From contig NC_134027.1 of the NCBI RefSeq assembly GCF_964204645.1, positions 20,236,560-20,300,559 of the forward strand: a DNA stretch of 64,000 nt, read 5' to 3'. Source of the DNA: Tubulanus polymorphus (Eukaryota > Animalia > Nemertea). The position numbers were made by a program, and so were the translations under genes. Below are positions 50,867 to 64,000 of the stretch, in pieces. Under the pieces are notes generated by a model. That model worked only from the letters and a program-made list of their open reading frames with translations. It searched no databases and had not been told where the DNA came from. The stretch's first letter is position 1, and every line of letters starts with the position of its first letter.

Positions 50867-53800
50867 GGGTGCGCGCCTGTCCCGGTTCAAAGTACTCAGG
50901 ACGGGCACCCACAGGTTCAACTTAAGGCTACCTTGGAACGCAATTTGACTACCATTTTTATAGGTGGTCATCGTGTCAAAGGTTTGCTAGATACCGGAGC
51001 ACACATTTCGTGTATATCCAAACAATGCCTAAATAGGACTAAGTTTGCACATAGTAGGTTACATAAGTCCGATATCAAAGAAGTTGTCGGTGTGGGTGGG
51101 CATCTGATTCCTGTCTTAGGGACCATAGAACTGCCCTTGACTTTTCCCGATGTCGCTACTCCGGTCATACATACTTTTCATGTCTTTGAGAAACTCCATC
51201 AACAGCTAATTCTGGGCATCGACTTTATGGATCAGAAAAAGGTCGATATTTTCTATTCTGATCAATGTTTTACTATGAAGGAATGTGCTCCTCAAAAACC
51301 ATTACTTCTGGAAGTTCACTCGGTTATAGCTAGGTCATCTGTTAAAACGAAATTACCCCCCAGGTCAGAATTAAATATTCCCGTTAGGATTCCTAAACGC
51401 GTAGGTAACGAGCTCGTTCTACTATCACCTCTAGATGAGCTTGCTTTCAAGAATTTTTCCGGCGCAAAATGCCTGGTTCACATTCGAAATGGTAACGCTA
51501 CAATGCGGCTCATAAACCCAACCAATAAATCCATCTCCATCAGGAATAACCAACCTCTCGCCTCTGTCTCTGAACTGGATAATTCAGTACCGATTTCGTC
51601 ACTTGATGAAAAAGACTCCGACCCATCTCCGGTCAATTATAACTCGGTCAACAACATGAGCTTACCCTCTGAATATACACACGACACGGCAGATACGTTG
51701 AAATTTCATACAAAAGCGCCGCCCCCTCCGCAGGAGAAGATTGAGTTTGATTTATCTCAGTCAGACATTTCTGAAGAGCAAAAGCAGGTCTTACAAAATT
51801 TCTTACATCAGAACAGGGACAGGTTCTCCACTAACTTACATGAACTAGGATTCTCGAATATTCAACAACATCGAATTGATACAGGTGATCACCCGCCTGT
51901 GAATTCTCGCCCGTACCGCCAAAACGCCACCGTGCGAAATGAACAGAATAGACAAATCGGCGAAATGCTTAAAACTGACATTATCACTCCATCTAACTCT
52001 CCATTCCAATCCCCGGTAGTCATGGTCAAGAAGAAAAATGGGGAATACCGATTTGCTGTCGACTATCGCTAGTTAAATGAAATAACGAAGCCCATGGCTT
52101 ACCCATTGCCCAGAATCGCAGATGTGATTGACTCTGTGGGAGAATCTCAGGCAAAGCTTTTTACCACGCTTGACTTAAAAAGTGGCTTCTGGCAGATCAA
52201 ACTAGATCCTACTACAGCCCATAAGACAACTTTTGTAACACAGAATGGGGCGTATATGTTCAAACGCCTCCCGTTTGGTTTGAAAAACTCACCCATGACA
52301 TTTCAGATGACTATGAACGAAGTTCTTAGGGGCTTTCATTGGAAATTTGCTCTTGTATACATTGACGACATTCTCATTTATAGCAGCTCATTTGAAGAAC
52401 ACTTGGAACATTTACAACTTATTTTTGATAGATTGAGAGAAGTCAAGCTAACCCTGCAACCTGAGAAGTGTAAGTTTGCAGTCAGCTCAGCCACTTATCT
52501 AGGTTTCATCTTCACCAAAGAGGGAGTGAAGGCTGATCCAAGCAAATGTGAGGCCATAAATTCTTTCCCTGAACCTAAGTGTCGAAAGGACCTCCGGGCT
52601 TTCTTAGGTTTATGCAATTTCTATCGGCGTTTTGTTAAGGATTTCTCTCATGTATCTACAAAATTGACTCCTCTTTTGAAAAAGGATGCCAAATTTATCT
52701 GGACTGACGAACATCGACAAGCCTTTAACCAATTAAAATCCAATCTGATATCACCCCCTATCCTGGTCTATCCTGATAATAACCGTCATTATTTCTTGTC
52801 AACCGATGCGTCAGACACTGCTGTAGGTTATATATTGGGTCAGTTCGATGAAGAAGGCCGAGAGAGGGTCATCGCCTATGGGGGTCGCTCTCTGTCTACT
52901 CCCCAAAGAAATTGGCCTACCCGAGACAAAGAGGGTCTAGCCATTGTTCTCGGTATAGATTCGTATCGTGAATATCTATCGGACAGGGAGTTTACCATTT
53001 TCACCGATCATATGTCCTTGACCCAACTTCTTAAGGCTAAGGATACATCACAACGTGTTACCAGGTGGGCGACAAAGTTACAAGCTTATCAATTCACCAT
53101 TGTCCATCGACCGGGTAAGCAGAATTCCAATGCCGATGGGGTGTCCCGACGAGATTACCCTCCCATTGAAGATGACAGCGATCATGACGATTTTCCCGCC
53201 CCACTTGGGGCCATTCTACCGTCAACTCGGTCAGACGTTTCAGTCTCTGCTAGTCGCATAGGTGAAGGCCTATCCAGCCACCCTAATGTTACTCCGAATG
53301 TTACTCCAAATGATGATTCGATAAGAACCTGGTTGGAGACGGAACTAATGTATGAACAGGATTTACCCCCTGCAGTTTCGTCCCTTCAAGATGTAGATTT
53401 CCGGTCAAAACAATGCAGCTCTCCAACTTATGGACCCATGATTGCTTTCCTTGAGAATGGTACCTTACCCTCAGATCCAAAACTGGCTAAATGGATAACA
53501 GCTGCAGAACACCTATTTCATATGTATGACGGTATTTTGTATCGTGATTTTCGAAGCAAAAAGGAAAAGTTGGCCAGTGTCGTCGCTCAAATCGTCGTCC
53601 CGGAAGACCTTCAGTTGCATATCTTGGTAGCTTATCATGATTGTTGTGCTGGGGGTGGCCACGCAGGTATCCAAAAAACATATGACGCTATCAAAACCAA
53701 ATATTTTTGGCGAAATATGTATCGGGATGTGGTCCAATATGTGCAGTCTTGCGTGTCTTGTCAGCAATCAAAGGTTAATCCACACGCAAAACCCCCTCAT

Positions 53801-55053
53801 CTGACAAATCTGCCCATTGAGGACACATTCGGGCGTTGGCATATCGACTTCCTGGGGCCACTTCCTGAGGGAAAAAATGGCGAGAAACATATTTTGCTCG
53901 TAGCTGATAGCTTTTCGCGCTGGCCCGAAGCATTTGCATTAAAATCACAAGAGGCATCAGAAGTGGCAAAGGTTTTATATAATGAAATTTTTGCCCGATA
54001 CGGTGCTCCGAGGTCACTTGTTTCAGATCGTGGAAAATGTTTTCTCGCTAAACTAGTTTTATCTATCTGCGAAATGTTTCAAGTTAAAAGATATCACACA
54101 TCTGCTTACCACCCCAAACAAATGCATCCTGTGAGCGCACTAATAGGTCAATTGCTCAGATTTTTCGTTCCTATATAAGCGAGGACCAGACTGAATGGCC
54201 CGATATACTATCTAGTGTTCTCATGGCTCTACGTGCTTCCCCATCGTCTCACACGACTGGCTTTTCTCCATTTCATGTCTTATTCGGAACGGATATGTCA
54301 CTACCTATTGACACTACTCTAATTCCGAAAGAGAATTTGGCTAAAACTGTGCAGGAACACATTGCACGCAAGCAAAGGCATTTGAAAGTAGTCAAAGAAA
54401 TCGCTACTCAGCAAACTGAAAAGCACCAGTTACGCAACAAAGAACTCCATGATAAGCATGCCTCGACACCAGATTACCAAGTCGGTCAAAAAGTTTGGTT
54501 GTTGCGTAAGCACACTAAGAAAGGAAAGTCTAAGAAATTCATGCCCAAATTTACAGGCCCATATAAAATTATAGCGTTAGGTAAAAATTTTACCTACTTT
54601 CTCAGATGTTGTCGAACAAACAAAGACCTGCCTTCAGCGGTGAATGCTTCCCGCCTCAGTACTTTTGTAGACCGGGCTGATTACCCGCATCTACTACCTC
54701 AGCTCGAGAATGAGAGTACACATGACGACTCGGTAACGGATTCTCAAGTCATGCACCCTCAAAGATCAGTTACACCTGACATTCAGGACAATGAAACAGA
54801 CACAGCATTTGATGCTACAAGACAGTCCCTGCAAGAGCCGACCACTGATAAGACTTTCTTTCCAATTGATAAGATTTTAAAGATGCGTACTAGATCTGGC
54901 ATTATAGAATTCTACGTAAAATGGTCCAGTAAATCTCCAAATTCTTGGCAACCCTCTGATAATCTTACCCAGGCGGCCAAGGACGAGTTCTTCCGTACCC
55001 ACACGAGACAGGGTAAAACGCGAAAACGAAGGTCCTGTTTCAAGAGATCATAA
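50867..55053 (+). pseudogene. pol: Pol, copy 2, with the same stop and frameshift
   Basis: ORF fragments identical to copy 1 (TAG 52070-52072; frameshift near 54116). Confidence 0.92.
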
Positions 55054-56059
55054 CTCGATTTTGCTGTTTCACCTGTGATTGGAGTATTTTTTTTTTTTAG
55101 GAGTTTGGCACGAAAGAGACAACTAATATGTGCTATGAGTTGTGCGCACAACTCTCCTTTCGCGTCTCTTGCTTGAAATAGCAGGTGTCATACTCCTAGG
55201 TTGAATTTCTTTTTATTAGGTGGAACAAATTTTCGAATACTGGAATTTGTTGAAGGATTTTTCGTGATTAGTCTCTTCCCTCGGCGAGCTCTGACTTATC
55301 TCGTGCGGGATGTTTCTCTCGTGTCCGCCTGGATCGGGTGCAACTTACGCGGTCCGTTAGTTGCCACCCCACACCGGTCAACTTGAATCGTCGTGACAGG
55401 TTATCTTGAATTTTGTGCAATGCGTCTTCAAAGAGAATGAATCTGTGGTTGTCTAAATTTTGTTGGGTTATTGATTAATTATATTCCGTCAAGGGTTACC
55501 TTCAGTTAAAATACTACATGTCAAGTTTTCGAGTATAATATGGATCTGGCGTACTATTTACCCATGTCATGGAACTTGTATTACTTTCATGGTACAGATC
55601 ATGGTACATAGTTATATTATGAAAGAAAGAAAAAATGTATATCCTATGTTTTATAGTATTTTTTAATGCGCCGATGTTGCAGCTAAATGGTGGCGGTGAT
55701 TTTTCTGTATCTGTGAATTTTTTTTTTTACTATATCTATGATTTGATGAGTATTTCATATTTTTATATGATAAGGATTATTAATGTTACTACACCTGGAT
55801 TCGGGTTAATTTTTCTAATATAACAATATCGATGAGTCACTGTCTATTGTTAGGTGATTATGTTGATTGTTGCTGATGTTTTGCCATGTATTTACCCTTT
55901 TAGTATTATAAGAATTATGCAATGGAATAGGAATGTAAGTTTTTAGAGATATATTGCAGGACTTATGTTGAATGAGATGACTTTATATTTTTACCTCCCT
56001 AGGCTTGTGTGTTAATTTTCTGCTTTTGTGGACAAAAGCTTGAATATAGTGTGGGAGAG

Positions 56060-56984
56060 TTTAGCAAGGAGTATTTTTATCTGGAACTGCGGATTGTGTT
56101 TTTATGCTTAAATATTGTAATCAATATTTTGCCAGGTCATTTGTAGCTAAGAAAACATATTTGTAGATTTTTCCTATGTCCATTAATGGATCTAACCCTT
56201 AGTCTTTGTCACTTTTACCCGGTTACCGTCTTGTTTATTGAGTATTTTGTCTACCTAGCGAACTGGCACTATTTTCGAATAAGTGATGTAATAGCAATAT
56301 AAACAACTCTCAACTCACCTGCCCTCGCAACTAGTTTAGCTCTCATCAGGTAATTAGTGTCTTAATATGTCATTAAGATTTGGATGAACCAATCGCTAGA
56401 AGTTTTGGTCACTAATTTCTTGATGGGAGTGTCTGAATCAACTTGGTTTTTGGCAGCACAGATTTGATCACTCTGTGCCTGCTATCCAACTGATTAAGAC
56501 GTAAAATAAACTGGTATTAACACATAAATTCAATCGTTTGAATTTTCAGGTGAGTTACATCCATTTTTCATAGTTAAATCTTATATATGTTTTGGCATAA
56601 ATGTGTACCTAGGCTTGGCTGAGAAATCAGACCTTTATGTAACACGTACATTTGGTACTGAGAGTCAATTTTTATAGATTAGGTATTTAATCTAAAATGA
56701 CGGCTAATGATTATTTGTTTGTAGAAATAGGCCTTTGTATTAAGTATGTAGTTAAAGAAAAGTCATTGTAGGACAATCTCAGTTACGATCTGATGAAGTA
56801 TGAGTAATCAAGTAGTATAATATTCGATTCTATTCTGTGTATACTGTAACTAATTATCATAACACTCTGTGCCTGCTATCCAACTGATTAAGACGTAAAA
56901 TAAACTGGTATTAACACATAAATTCAATCGTTTGAATTTTCAGTTTTTGTAAAATTGGCAACGCGCAAAAAGTCCGTTGCTAAA
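56060..56984 (+). repeat. LTR 3
   Basis: Same sequence as LTR 1; followed by CACT and flanking DNA instead of the PBS. Confidence 0.92.
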
Positions 56985-58082
56985 CACTTCTATGATAACA
57001 CGAAAACAAACGCCGCGGTTATAAACCGGCTTTCTTGAATTTTGAAACCGGAATGCATAAATATGGTACAACCTACGCTCGTAGGTACAACGCACACAAA
57101 GACTGATAAAATAGCCTTTCTCAAAATTATCCTCCAAAACTGTTCACAACCACGCTAATGTGAACCTACCGAACCAATGAGAGACTAAATAATGTCCAGC
57201 CCCTGAACTTCCTTGAACAAAAGATAATAAACTATATGTTCCATATAAAAATATGATGTCTTTTATTATCATATATGTTATGCGTTTTCCGATTCGGTGT
57301 TTTTCATTAGGCGTTTTTCGAATACCGTGTAATCTCTACGCGCTCACTAGGTAAAGTTCTATTCTATGTGGATAACTGGTTTTACAGCTGTGATATATGT
57401 GTTTATACAGGTTGTTTGAGGTCCATGCTTCAACAAATTCGAAACCTGTGTGTCGTTTTAGTTAGATTAGAAAGACTTGTTATGATACTTTTCCCGGACT
57501 CGAAAGGTGGTGATTTTTTTTTCTTATTTCTATTCTAAGGGTTTCTGCTTTTATCCATTTGTGATGGACCGGTAAAGTCCGGTATCCGGCTTTTACCGAG
57601 TCCAAATCTGTATTCTAGTGACCCCGAATTGTGTGGGAATTCTTTTGTTCTCTTTTGGCGTGGAAATAAAAGAAAGAAGACGTTAGGTAAATCTCGGCGT
57701 GGTCTTTGATTAATTTAGAGTTTCTGTGGAAACGATTATTCCCCCTTTCTTGATTGAGCCAACGAAAGAGGAGATTTTACAAATGGTGCCAGCGTACTGG
57801 GATTTTTAGAACCTTAAAACTGTGGAAATATTGAGTTGAATCGAAGCGAACATATAGTCTGTGTTAATTCTCTCACGGAGAGACGGAAAGCTATCGGTTT
57901 ATTCACGGCCACTGAGATTAATCTGGTGTCGGTTATTAGTTTGCCACAGTCTGTTGAGTTAACCTCCAGTGTTTTTACCTCAGATTGCTGACCCTTACCC
58001 ACCTTACAGCCAGCAATTATCAGTGTAGGCCTAAATTTGGATATTGTAGATTTTTATTTTTCACTTTTCGTATCCAATAATA

Positions 58083-59115
58083 ATGTCGGTACCGCATAAC
58101 GTAGATCATGGAGCTGAGGCTTACCTCAGTGACGATGAACCAAGCACATCGGGCGAGAATTTGTTTTTAGACAACCTCAATAAACTCATCCAAAAGTCGT
58201 TAAAAGATCAGGAGAGTCGTCTATCAAGTGATAGCCGGTCAAGCATTCCGCCACCAAAACCCTATAATATTGGGCAAAATTTTAGAATTTGGTTGGAACG
58301 GTTTAATGACTATGCAGATGAGGTCGGGATAAGCGCCATCAGGGATGGGGGTTCGTCCCGGAAGAAAAACCTTAAATGCGGCTCGATCATGAGGCTTATC
58401 AAGCAGTGTCGAATTTACAGCTCCCAGTTGATATGTCATATATGGATTTCTGCGACCGGCTGCATGACCGTTTTAAACAGTCTCGTACTGTGAGAGACTA
58501 TAAAATGTTGCTGAAAGCACGGGTTCAGCGTGGAGGGGAGTCCCTTGAACATTACGCAGATGAATTACAAGAACTGGCCCAGAGCGCATATCCTACCACT
58601 TCAAGGGAAGTGCAGGACGAACTGGCTAGGGACCAGTTCCTGGCGGGGGTGAACCTACCGGATACCGCCAGGGAGTCGCTGATGATAGAGGACCCGCCCT
58701 CAATTTCGGACGCTGTACGACATGCCAGGAGTAGGCTCACTGCGAAAAAACTGACGGAAACCCTCTCCAGTTCGGCAGAAAGCCGCAAAAAGAAAGTTTC
58801 TGTGGTACCGAGGGCCAGATTGCAGCAGTCAGTGTCCCCCAAAATGACATGACTAAACTCCTTCAAATGGTTGAGTCCTTAGCCACACGAATGGATAAGA
58901 TGGAGCTGAGGATGAACCAACCGTCACAACGGAGCGACGACATATGCTGGCGCTGTCGCGAGCCTGATCATCCTGGCAGTCAGTGCCCCCAGGTCCAGTG
59001 TTACAACTGCGGTCAACGAGGACATTATTCCAGTCAATGCCAAGTCACAGAACCATCATCATCGGGAAACGACAGGAGGGGCTCTCAGAGGGGCAGGAGA
59101 ACCCCGACCCAGTAA
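58083..59115 (+). pseudogene. gag: Gag of second element, two frameshifts
   Basis: Three overlapping ORF pieces; RVQRGGESLEHYADEL; two zinc knuckles CWRCREPDHPGSQC and CYNCGQRGHYSSQC. Confidence 0.88.
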
Positions 59116-62100
59116 GACTACTCTACCCTGGGCAGCCCCATGATGCGTCAAGAAAATATCAAATACCGCAAAGACGTATGAGGCAACAGATTTTGGGTGA
59201 TGTGCCTGCAGGTGACTGGAACCTAACCCAGATGGCTGGTATAATGGTATCACCTGAACTGGAACCACTCCCCCATACCTACGAATCAGAAATTGAAACC
59301 GAGATAGCCACACCACCAACAATGGCCGGGGAGGGTTACCTCTTTCTACAACCAGCGGGGGGCGCTCAGGTGTTTACACCGTGGGCGATGTAATCGTTCA
59401 TGACTCAGGACTTTATTGTACTGGCCAAATAAATAGCCAAGATGAGGTCTGTATCCTTCTCGATACGGGCGCTGCAGTCACTGTCCTAAAGACCTCAGTC
59501 TGGGCAGCAAGTAACCCAACAAAGTCGGTAAGCGAGCTGCAAAAAGCCGAGGGATGCCTAAGTACAGCTAATGGACAGGATCTTCACCTCAGAGGGATAG
59601 AGATGGCGCGGCTTACATTAGGGGGTCGTGACTTTGATATCTCCATGGTTATTGTAGATGATATTACTCAAGATTGTCTACTTGGTAGTGATTTCTTTGA
59701 GTCCTTCAACTGCAAGATTGATTTTGAATTAAAGGAGCTTATTTTTGGCACGGCTAGCATTCCACTTCAAAATCAAGAGAGTAAGGCCAGATGCTGCAGG
59801 ATTTTCGCCAGTAAGACCTTGTGTATCCCGGCGGGAACAGAGATAGTCACTAGTGGTATAATGCGACGTAAATTCGTGGGTAATAACTCGACTTCAGGTA
59901 CCATTGAAAACTTAAAGTCATCAGGTCTGATGGCTGCCAAAGTAGTAGCAACCCCATCGAAGAGTCGCACACCGGTGCGACTAGCAAATTTCACCGATTC
60001 ACCACAGTGGATAAAAAGGGGCCAACCCATCGCCTGGTTTAGTCAAATTGAGTCCCTGACCTTGTCCCGGATTAATGAGGGCGAAAAGAGTCACCATGAC
60101 CGTTTAGTCTCACAGGGACCGATCCCTGAAGAAAAGGTCCAGTCCGTGCTAGATGACTTGCAGATTGCGGATATGGGGATTCCTGAGGAGACCAAAAAGG
60201 AATTGACCAGAGTAATCCGGAGCAACATTGATGTGTTCTCAACAGGTGATTTCGATCTGGGGCGCACCAGCCTATTAAAACACGAAATTGACACTCAGGA
60301 TACTCGTCCGATTAAGCAAAACCCTCGTCGAATACCACCTCATCGACAGAAATTTGTGTCGGACACGACTGATCAACTTCTAGAACAGGGTTTGATACGT
60401 GAGTCACATGGAGCTTGGTCAAGCCCGATAGTTCTCGCAAAGAAAGCAGATGGCTCACTTAGATTCTGTGTGGACTACCGTAAACTTAATGAGGCCACGG
60501 TCAAAGACGCCCATCCATTACCGAGGGTTGACTCGACGCTTGAGACTCTCGCGGGATCAACGTGGTTTTCGTCACTCGATCTTGCAAGTGGATACTGGCA
60601 GATGCCCGTGAGTGAGGCAGATAAAGCGAAAACAGCCTTCGCTACAGAAAGGGGCTTATTCGAATGGAACGTCATGCCATTCGGGCTAACCAATGTACCT
60701 GCGTCGTTTTCACGGCTGATGGCTCTGGTTTTGGATCCCGTAGCATGGAAAACATGTTTAGTGTATCTGGACGATGTTATTGTTTTCAGCCCTGACTTGG
60801 GAAGTAATCTTAATCGACTTGTCGAAGTTTTTGCCTGTTTCCGAGCAGCTAACTTGAAGCTGAAACCCAAGAAGTGCCACTTGTTTCGGAGGATGCTGAA
60901 ATTCCTAGGTCATATAGTTAGTGGGGCTGGAATCCAGACCGATCCGGAGAAAGTACAGCGAGTGGTTGATTGGCCGGCCCCCTCCAACTTAACTGAACTT
61001 AGGAGTTTCATTGGCCTCGTCGCATATTACTCTCGCTTCATTGAAGATTATGCATCGATTGCTCACCCGCTCTACATTCTTACCAAGAAAGGAACGCCGT
61101 TTCATTGGGGAGAGGCACAGGAGTCTGCATTTCAGCGATTGAAAATGGCCCTTGCAAAACCACCAATTCTCGGATTCCCTGATTTCAGTACGTCGTCAAA
61201 AGCCTTCATTCTCGACACTGATGCCAGCAACTTGGCTATCGGCGGTGTCCTTTCACAAGAGGATAGCCAGGGGGTTGAGAGAGTTATTGCCTACAGTGGA
61301 CGAACATTGAAAGGAGGTGAAGAAAATTACTGCACGACACGTCGAGAGATGCTTGCTTTAGTAGACATGATCCATCATTTCAGACATTATCTGCTCGGCA
61401 AAAGGTTCCTGGTAAGGACGGACCACGCGGCCCTCAAGTGGTTAAGAAATTTTAAGGAGCAGGAGGGTCAGATTGCGCGCTGGAACGAGCGCCTTGAAGA
61501 GTACCAGTTCGATATTCAGCATCGGCCCGGAAGGCAACATGGGAATGCAGATGCCATGTCTCGTTTCCCAAAAAAGGTCAGACGTCATGGCAATTGCCCC
61601 AGTTGTGGACCGACTGAACCGAAACCGATACGACGAATACAGGAACTGACAGGAACTGTTAAGCACGATTTGAACATGCGAGAAATTGAGAGTGCACAGA
61701 AAGCAGACCCACAAATAGACCTCGTCCGTACAATGGTGCTGAGTAATCAGCCAAAACCTACTACAAATGAGATGCGACAGTTCGGTCGTATAAGTAGGAG
61801 TCTGTTGGCTATTTATGAGCGGTTGTTAGTTGTGGACAATGTGCTGTGTGTTACACCCATAACAGGGACTCGGTACACCAGGAACCGGATTGTACTTCCG
61901 AGTAAGTTAAATGAGACCGTCCTGAGGGAGTTACACGATGGTTTTGCAGGGAAACACCTAGGTGAAAAGAAAACTGACCGGAAAGTCAAAGAACGTTTTT
62001 GGTGCCCCGGCCTGAAAGGTATGGTGCGGAGATATGTCCAGAGCTGTAAGGCCTGCCAAACCAGCAAAAACCCACCTAGAAAGGCCAGGGCCCCACTCAT

Positions 62101-63420
62101 CTCGACACCTAATGGCCGTGCAAACCAGCGTCTGCATATCGACGTGATAGGGCCGATAAACCCTAGGACACGAAGAGGCAACCAGTATATACTAGTTGTG
62201 CAGGACGCTTTCACTAAGTGGCCGGAAGCCTGGCCGATGCGGAACCAGAAAGTGAAAACAGTGGCACGGTTACTCATCAATGAGTGGATCTGCAGATATG
62301 GTTGCCCGGAGAGCCTCCATTCAGATAAGGGCTCCAATTTTACGTCGAGGGTGTTCAAGGAGATCAATCAGCTACTCGGCATCCATCGAACTTTAACCAC
62401 CGCTTTCCACCCTCAAGGGAACGGACAAGTTGAAAATTTCAACAAATCGATCAAAGCGATGCTGACGGTGACAGTTGACGAGAATGGGAAAGACTGGGAT
62501 GACCATCTCCCGGGATGCTTAATGGCATTCCGATCGAGTGTTCAGTCATCAACACAGAAGACCCCATCCTTTTTGACATTTGGACGTGAAATTAGCCTCC
62601 CGATTGATCTGATGGTGGCTAGCCCGGAGCTGGATCAGTCCACAACAGAATACGCCCGGTGTGTCGGGGCCCGACTTGAATCTGCCTACGATGGAGTCAG
62701 GGAGAGATTAACCGTTGCCCAACGGCGCCAGCGACAGTATTATGACAGATTCACATCACGTGGTGGCTATCAAGTGGGTGACAGAGTCTGGCTATACAGT
62801 CACTATGTCAAGCCCGGGGAAGCCCCGAAATTCCATAAGAAGTGGTATGGCCCGTTTGTAGTCACGCAGCGCCTGACTGAGGTAAATTATCGCGTGGAGA
62901 CTCTGTCAGGAAAGACCAAGACCAAAGTTGTCCACTTCAACGACATGAAACCAGCCATAGTTTTGATGGTGATGAAAACCCCCAGGTTCCCCAGAACAAA
63001 CCTCCCTCCACTAGGCACGGCACCATGAAGCATGACCCGGTCGCACGAGGACATAGTCCTTCAAGCTCGGAGGAGGAGGAAGAGGACCAGCTGATTCCGG
63101 TGGACCCGCACCCTCAGAATGGAAGGATTCGAGCCGAAACACCTGCTGGAGCTGAGCCACCGACTTCCGCTGGCTCAGAACAAGGTGAATCCGACGGAGA
63201 ATCGGTAGATGAGGGACAACCTGCCAGGGGACGGCTCCGACCGCGAGCTGCAATAAAGGCTCCTACATGGCAGATGGACTTTGTGTGCTCAGTGGCTCCC
63301 AGTAACCAAGATGTCTGGATGGAAACTTGGGACCGGATCCGGAAACAAAAGCCATTCTGGCTGAAGAAGGGTATAGAGATCTCGAGGGCCCTGAAAATGA
63401 ATCGGTCGCCAGTCAAATAG
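59064..63420 (+). pseudogene. pol: Pol of second element (PR-RT-RNaseH-IN); core ORF 59381-63028 open, frameshifts near 59370 and 62960
   Basis: LLDTGA, FCVDYRKLN, LDLASGYWQ, YLDD, DTDAS, HHCC, DVIGP...SDKGSNF...HPQGNGQVE, KWYGPF. Confidence 0.93.
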
Positions 63421-64000
63421 GCAAACAATGCTAACCCTAAGTGGTTTAGTAATGTTGGCTTGGGTTTGGGATTTCCCCTGTGCGGAAAGTTGCTCAACTG
63501 GTTTCTCGAGTACCCTCAAATGGTTGTCGAGGTGCCACATAGTTCAACTGTGATAGTTGGCACTTGCCCACTAGGGAAACTGATCACATACTTGAAGACT
63601 GGTGGATCAAATCTGTATATAGCCATATGTATATACTCAAGATGTTTTTAGTCGATAACCCACACATTTTATTAAACGAATTATTTGTTGTTTCTTCATA
63701 ATAGTGAACCCTTGAGAAAGCAAAATGGAAGCTGTCGAATTAGACCGAGTAAAATGTAGTTCTGCTGTAATCGGGAAGAAGCGAGCATTCAGTCGAGCCG
63801 TATGTGATTTTCTGCGACGCCCTGACACCGCACCACCACCAGACGGTCATGAGTTTGTGGAAGCCGCAGAAGATGAACTTTTGAATCCCGCTTCATTGGT
63901 AACAGGAGCCGTGGTGATGGGTATAAAGACTGCCCTACCTAGGTCCCTGCCAAGGCTTCGCGGCCCAGATTCGACATGGTGGCCACAAAGTTGAAATCCT

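Larger units (their letters stand above)
41424..56984 (+). mobile_element. Tandem Ty3/gypsy LTR retrotransposon (LTR-gag-pol-LTR-gag-pol-LTR), unit 7318 bp
   Basis: Three LTRs and two internal regions with identical ORF translations offset by 7318; PR-RT-RH-IN order; PBS and PPT present; a single TSD (CACT) at the outer ends. Confidence 0.97.
41152..57327. mobile_element. Mutator/MULE-type MITE (~0.6 kb of own sequence) split by the tandem retrotransposon
   Basis: ~50-bp TIRs CGGTACTCGAAAAACGCCTAATGAAATACACCGAATCGGAAAACGCATAAC and its reverse complement (2 mismatches); perfect 9-bp TSD TGTAATCTC at 41143-41151 and 57328-57336. Confidence 0.85.
57389..64000 (+). mobile_element. Second, unrelated Ty3/gypsy retrotransposon; 3' LTR outside window
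   Basis: Candidate 5' LTR TGTGATAT...TTTTACA (57389-57781, start uncertain), PBS-like TGGTGCCAG at 57784, then gag and pol. Confidence 0.85.

Noticed and set aside
63421-64000. Possible extra or antisense ORF after the second pol
   Set aside because: Frames are interrupted by stops and cut by the window edge; no recognisable domain.

Overview
Eukaryotic (invertebrate-metazoan-like) genomic DNA with GT-AG introns and many repeats. Host genes: a 5-exon NDUFAF3 (+, 5094-11475); an orphan Ser-rich putative cell-cycle gene (-, 20339-21388) under a perfect E2F palindrome; a small class A GPCR cluster (one intact gene, two pseudogenes, one fragment); and the 3' exons of a calmodulin-like gene (-, 39168-40174). 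Mobile DNA: several MITEs; a decayed, very AT-rich 7.1-kb endogenous Polinton-like dsDNA virus with terminal inverted repeats, in which every gene starts at a TAAATG motif (29162-36253); a tandem LTR-internal-LTR-internal-LTR Ty3/gypsy element (41424-56984) nested in a MULE-type MITE; and a second, decayed gypsy element running off the right edge. The two most striking signals: (i) the gypsy LTR appears to contain an intron bounded by an exact 81-bp repeat ending at the splice sites, a layout that would let the intron be rebuilt at each reverse transcription; (ii) the virus relic combines poxvirus-late-like start motifs, several membrane proteins and diverged paralogous genes at its two ends. 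All calls are by eye; no searches were run.
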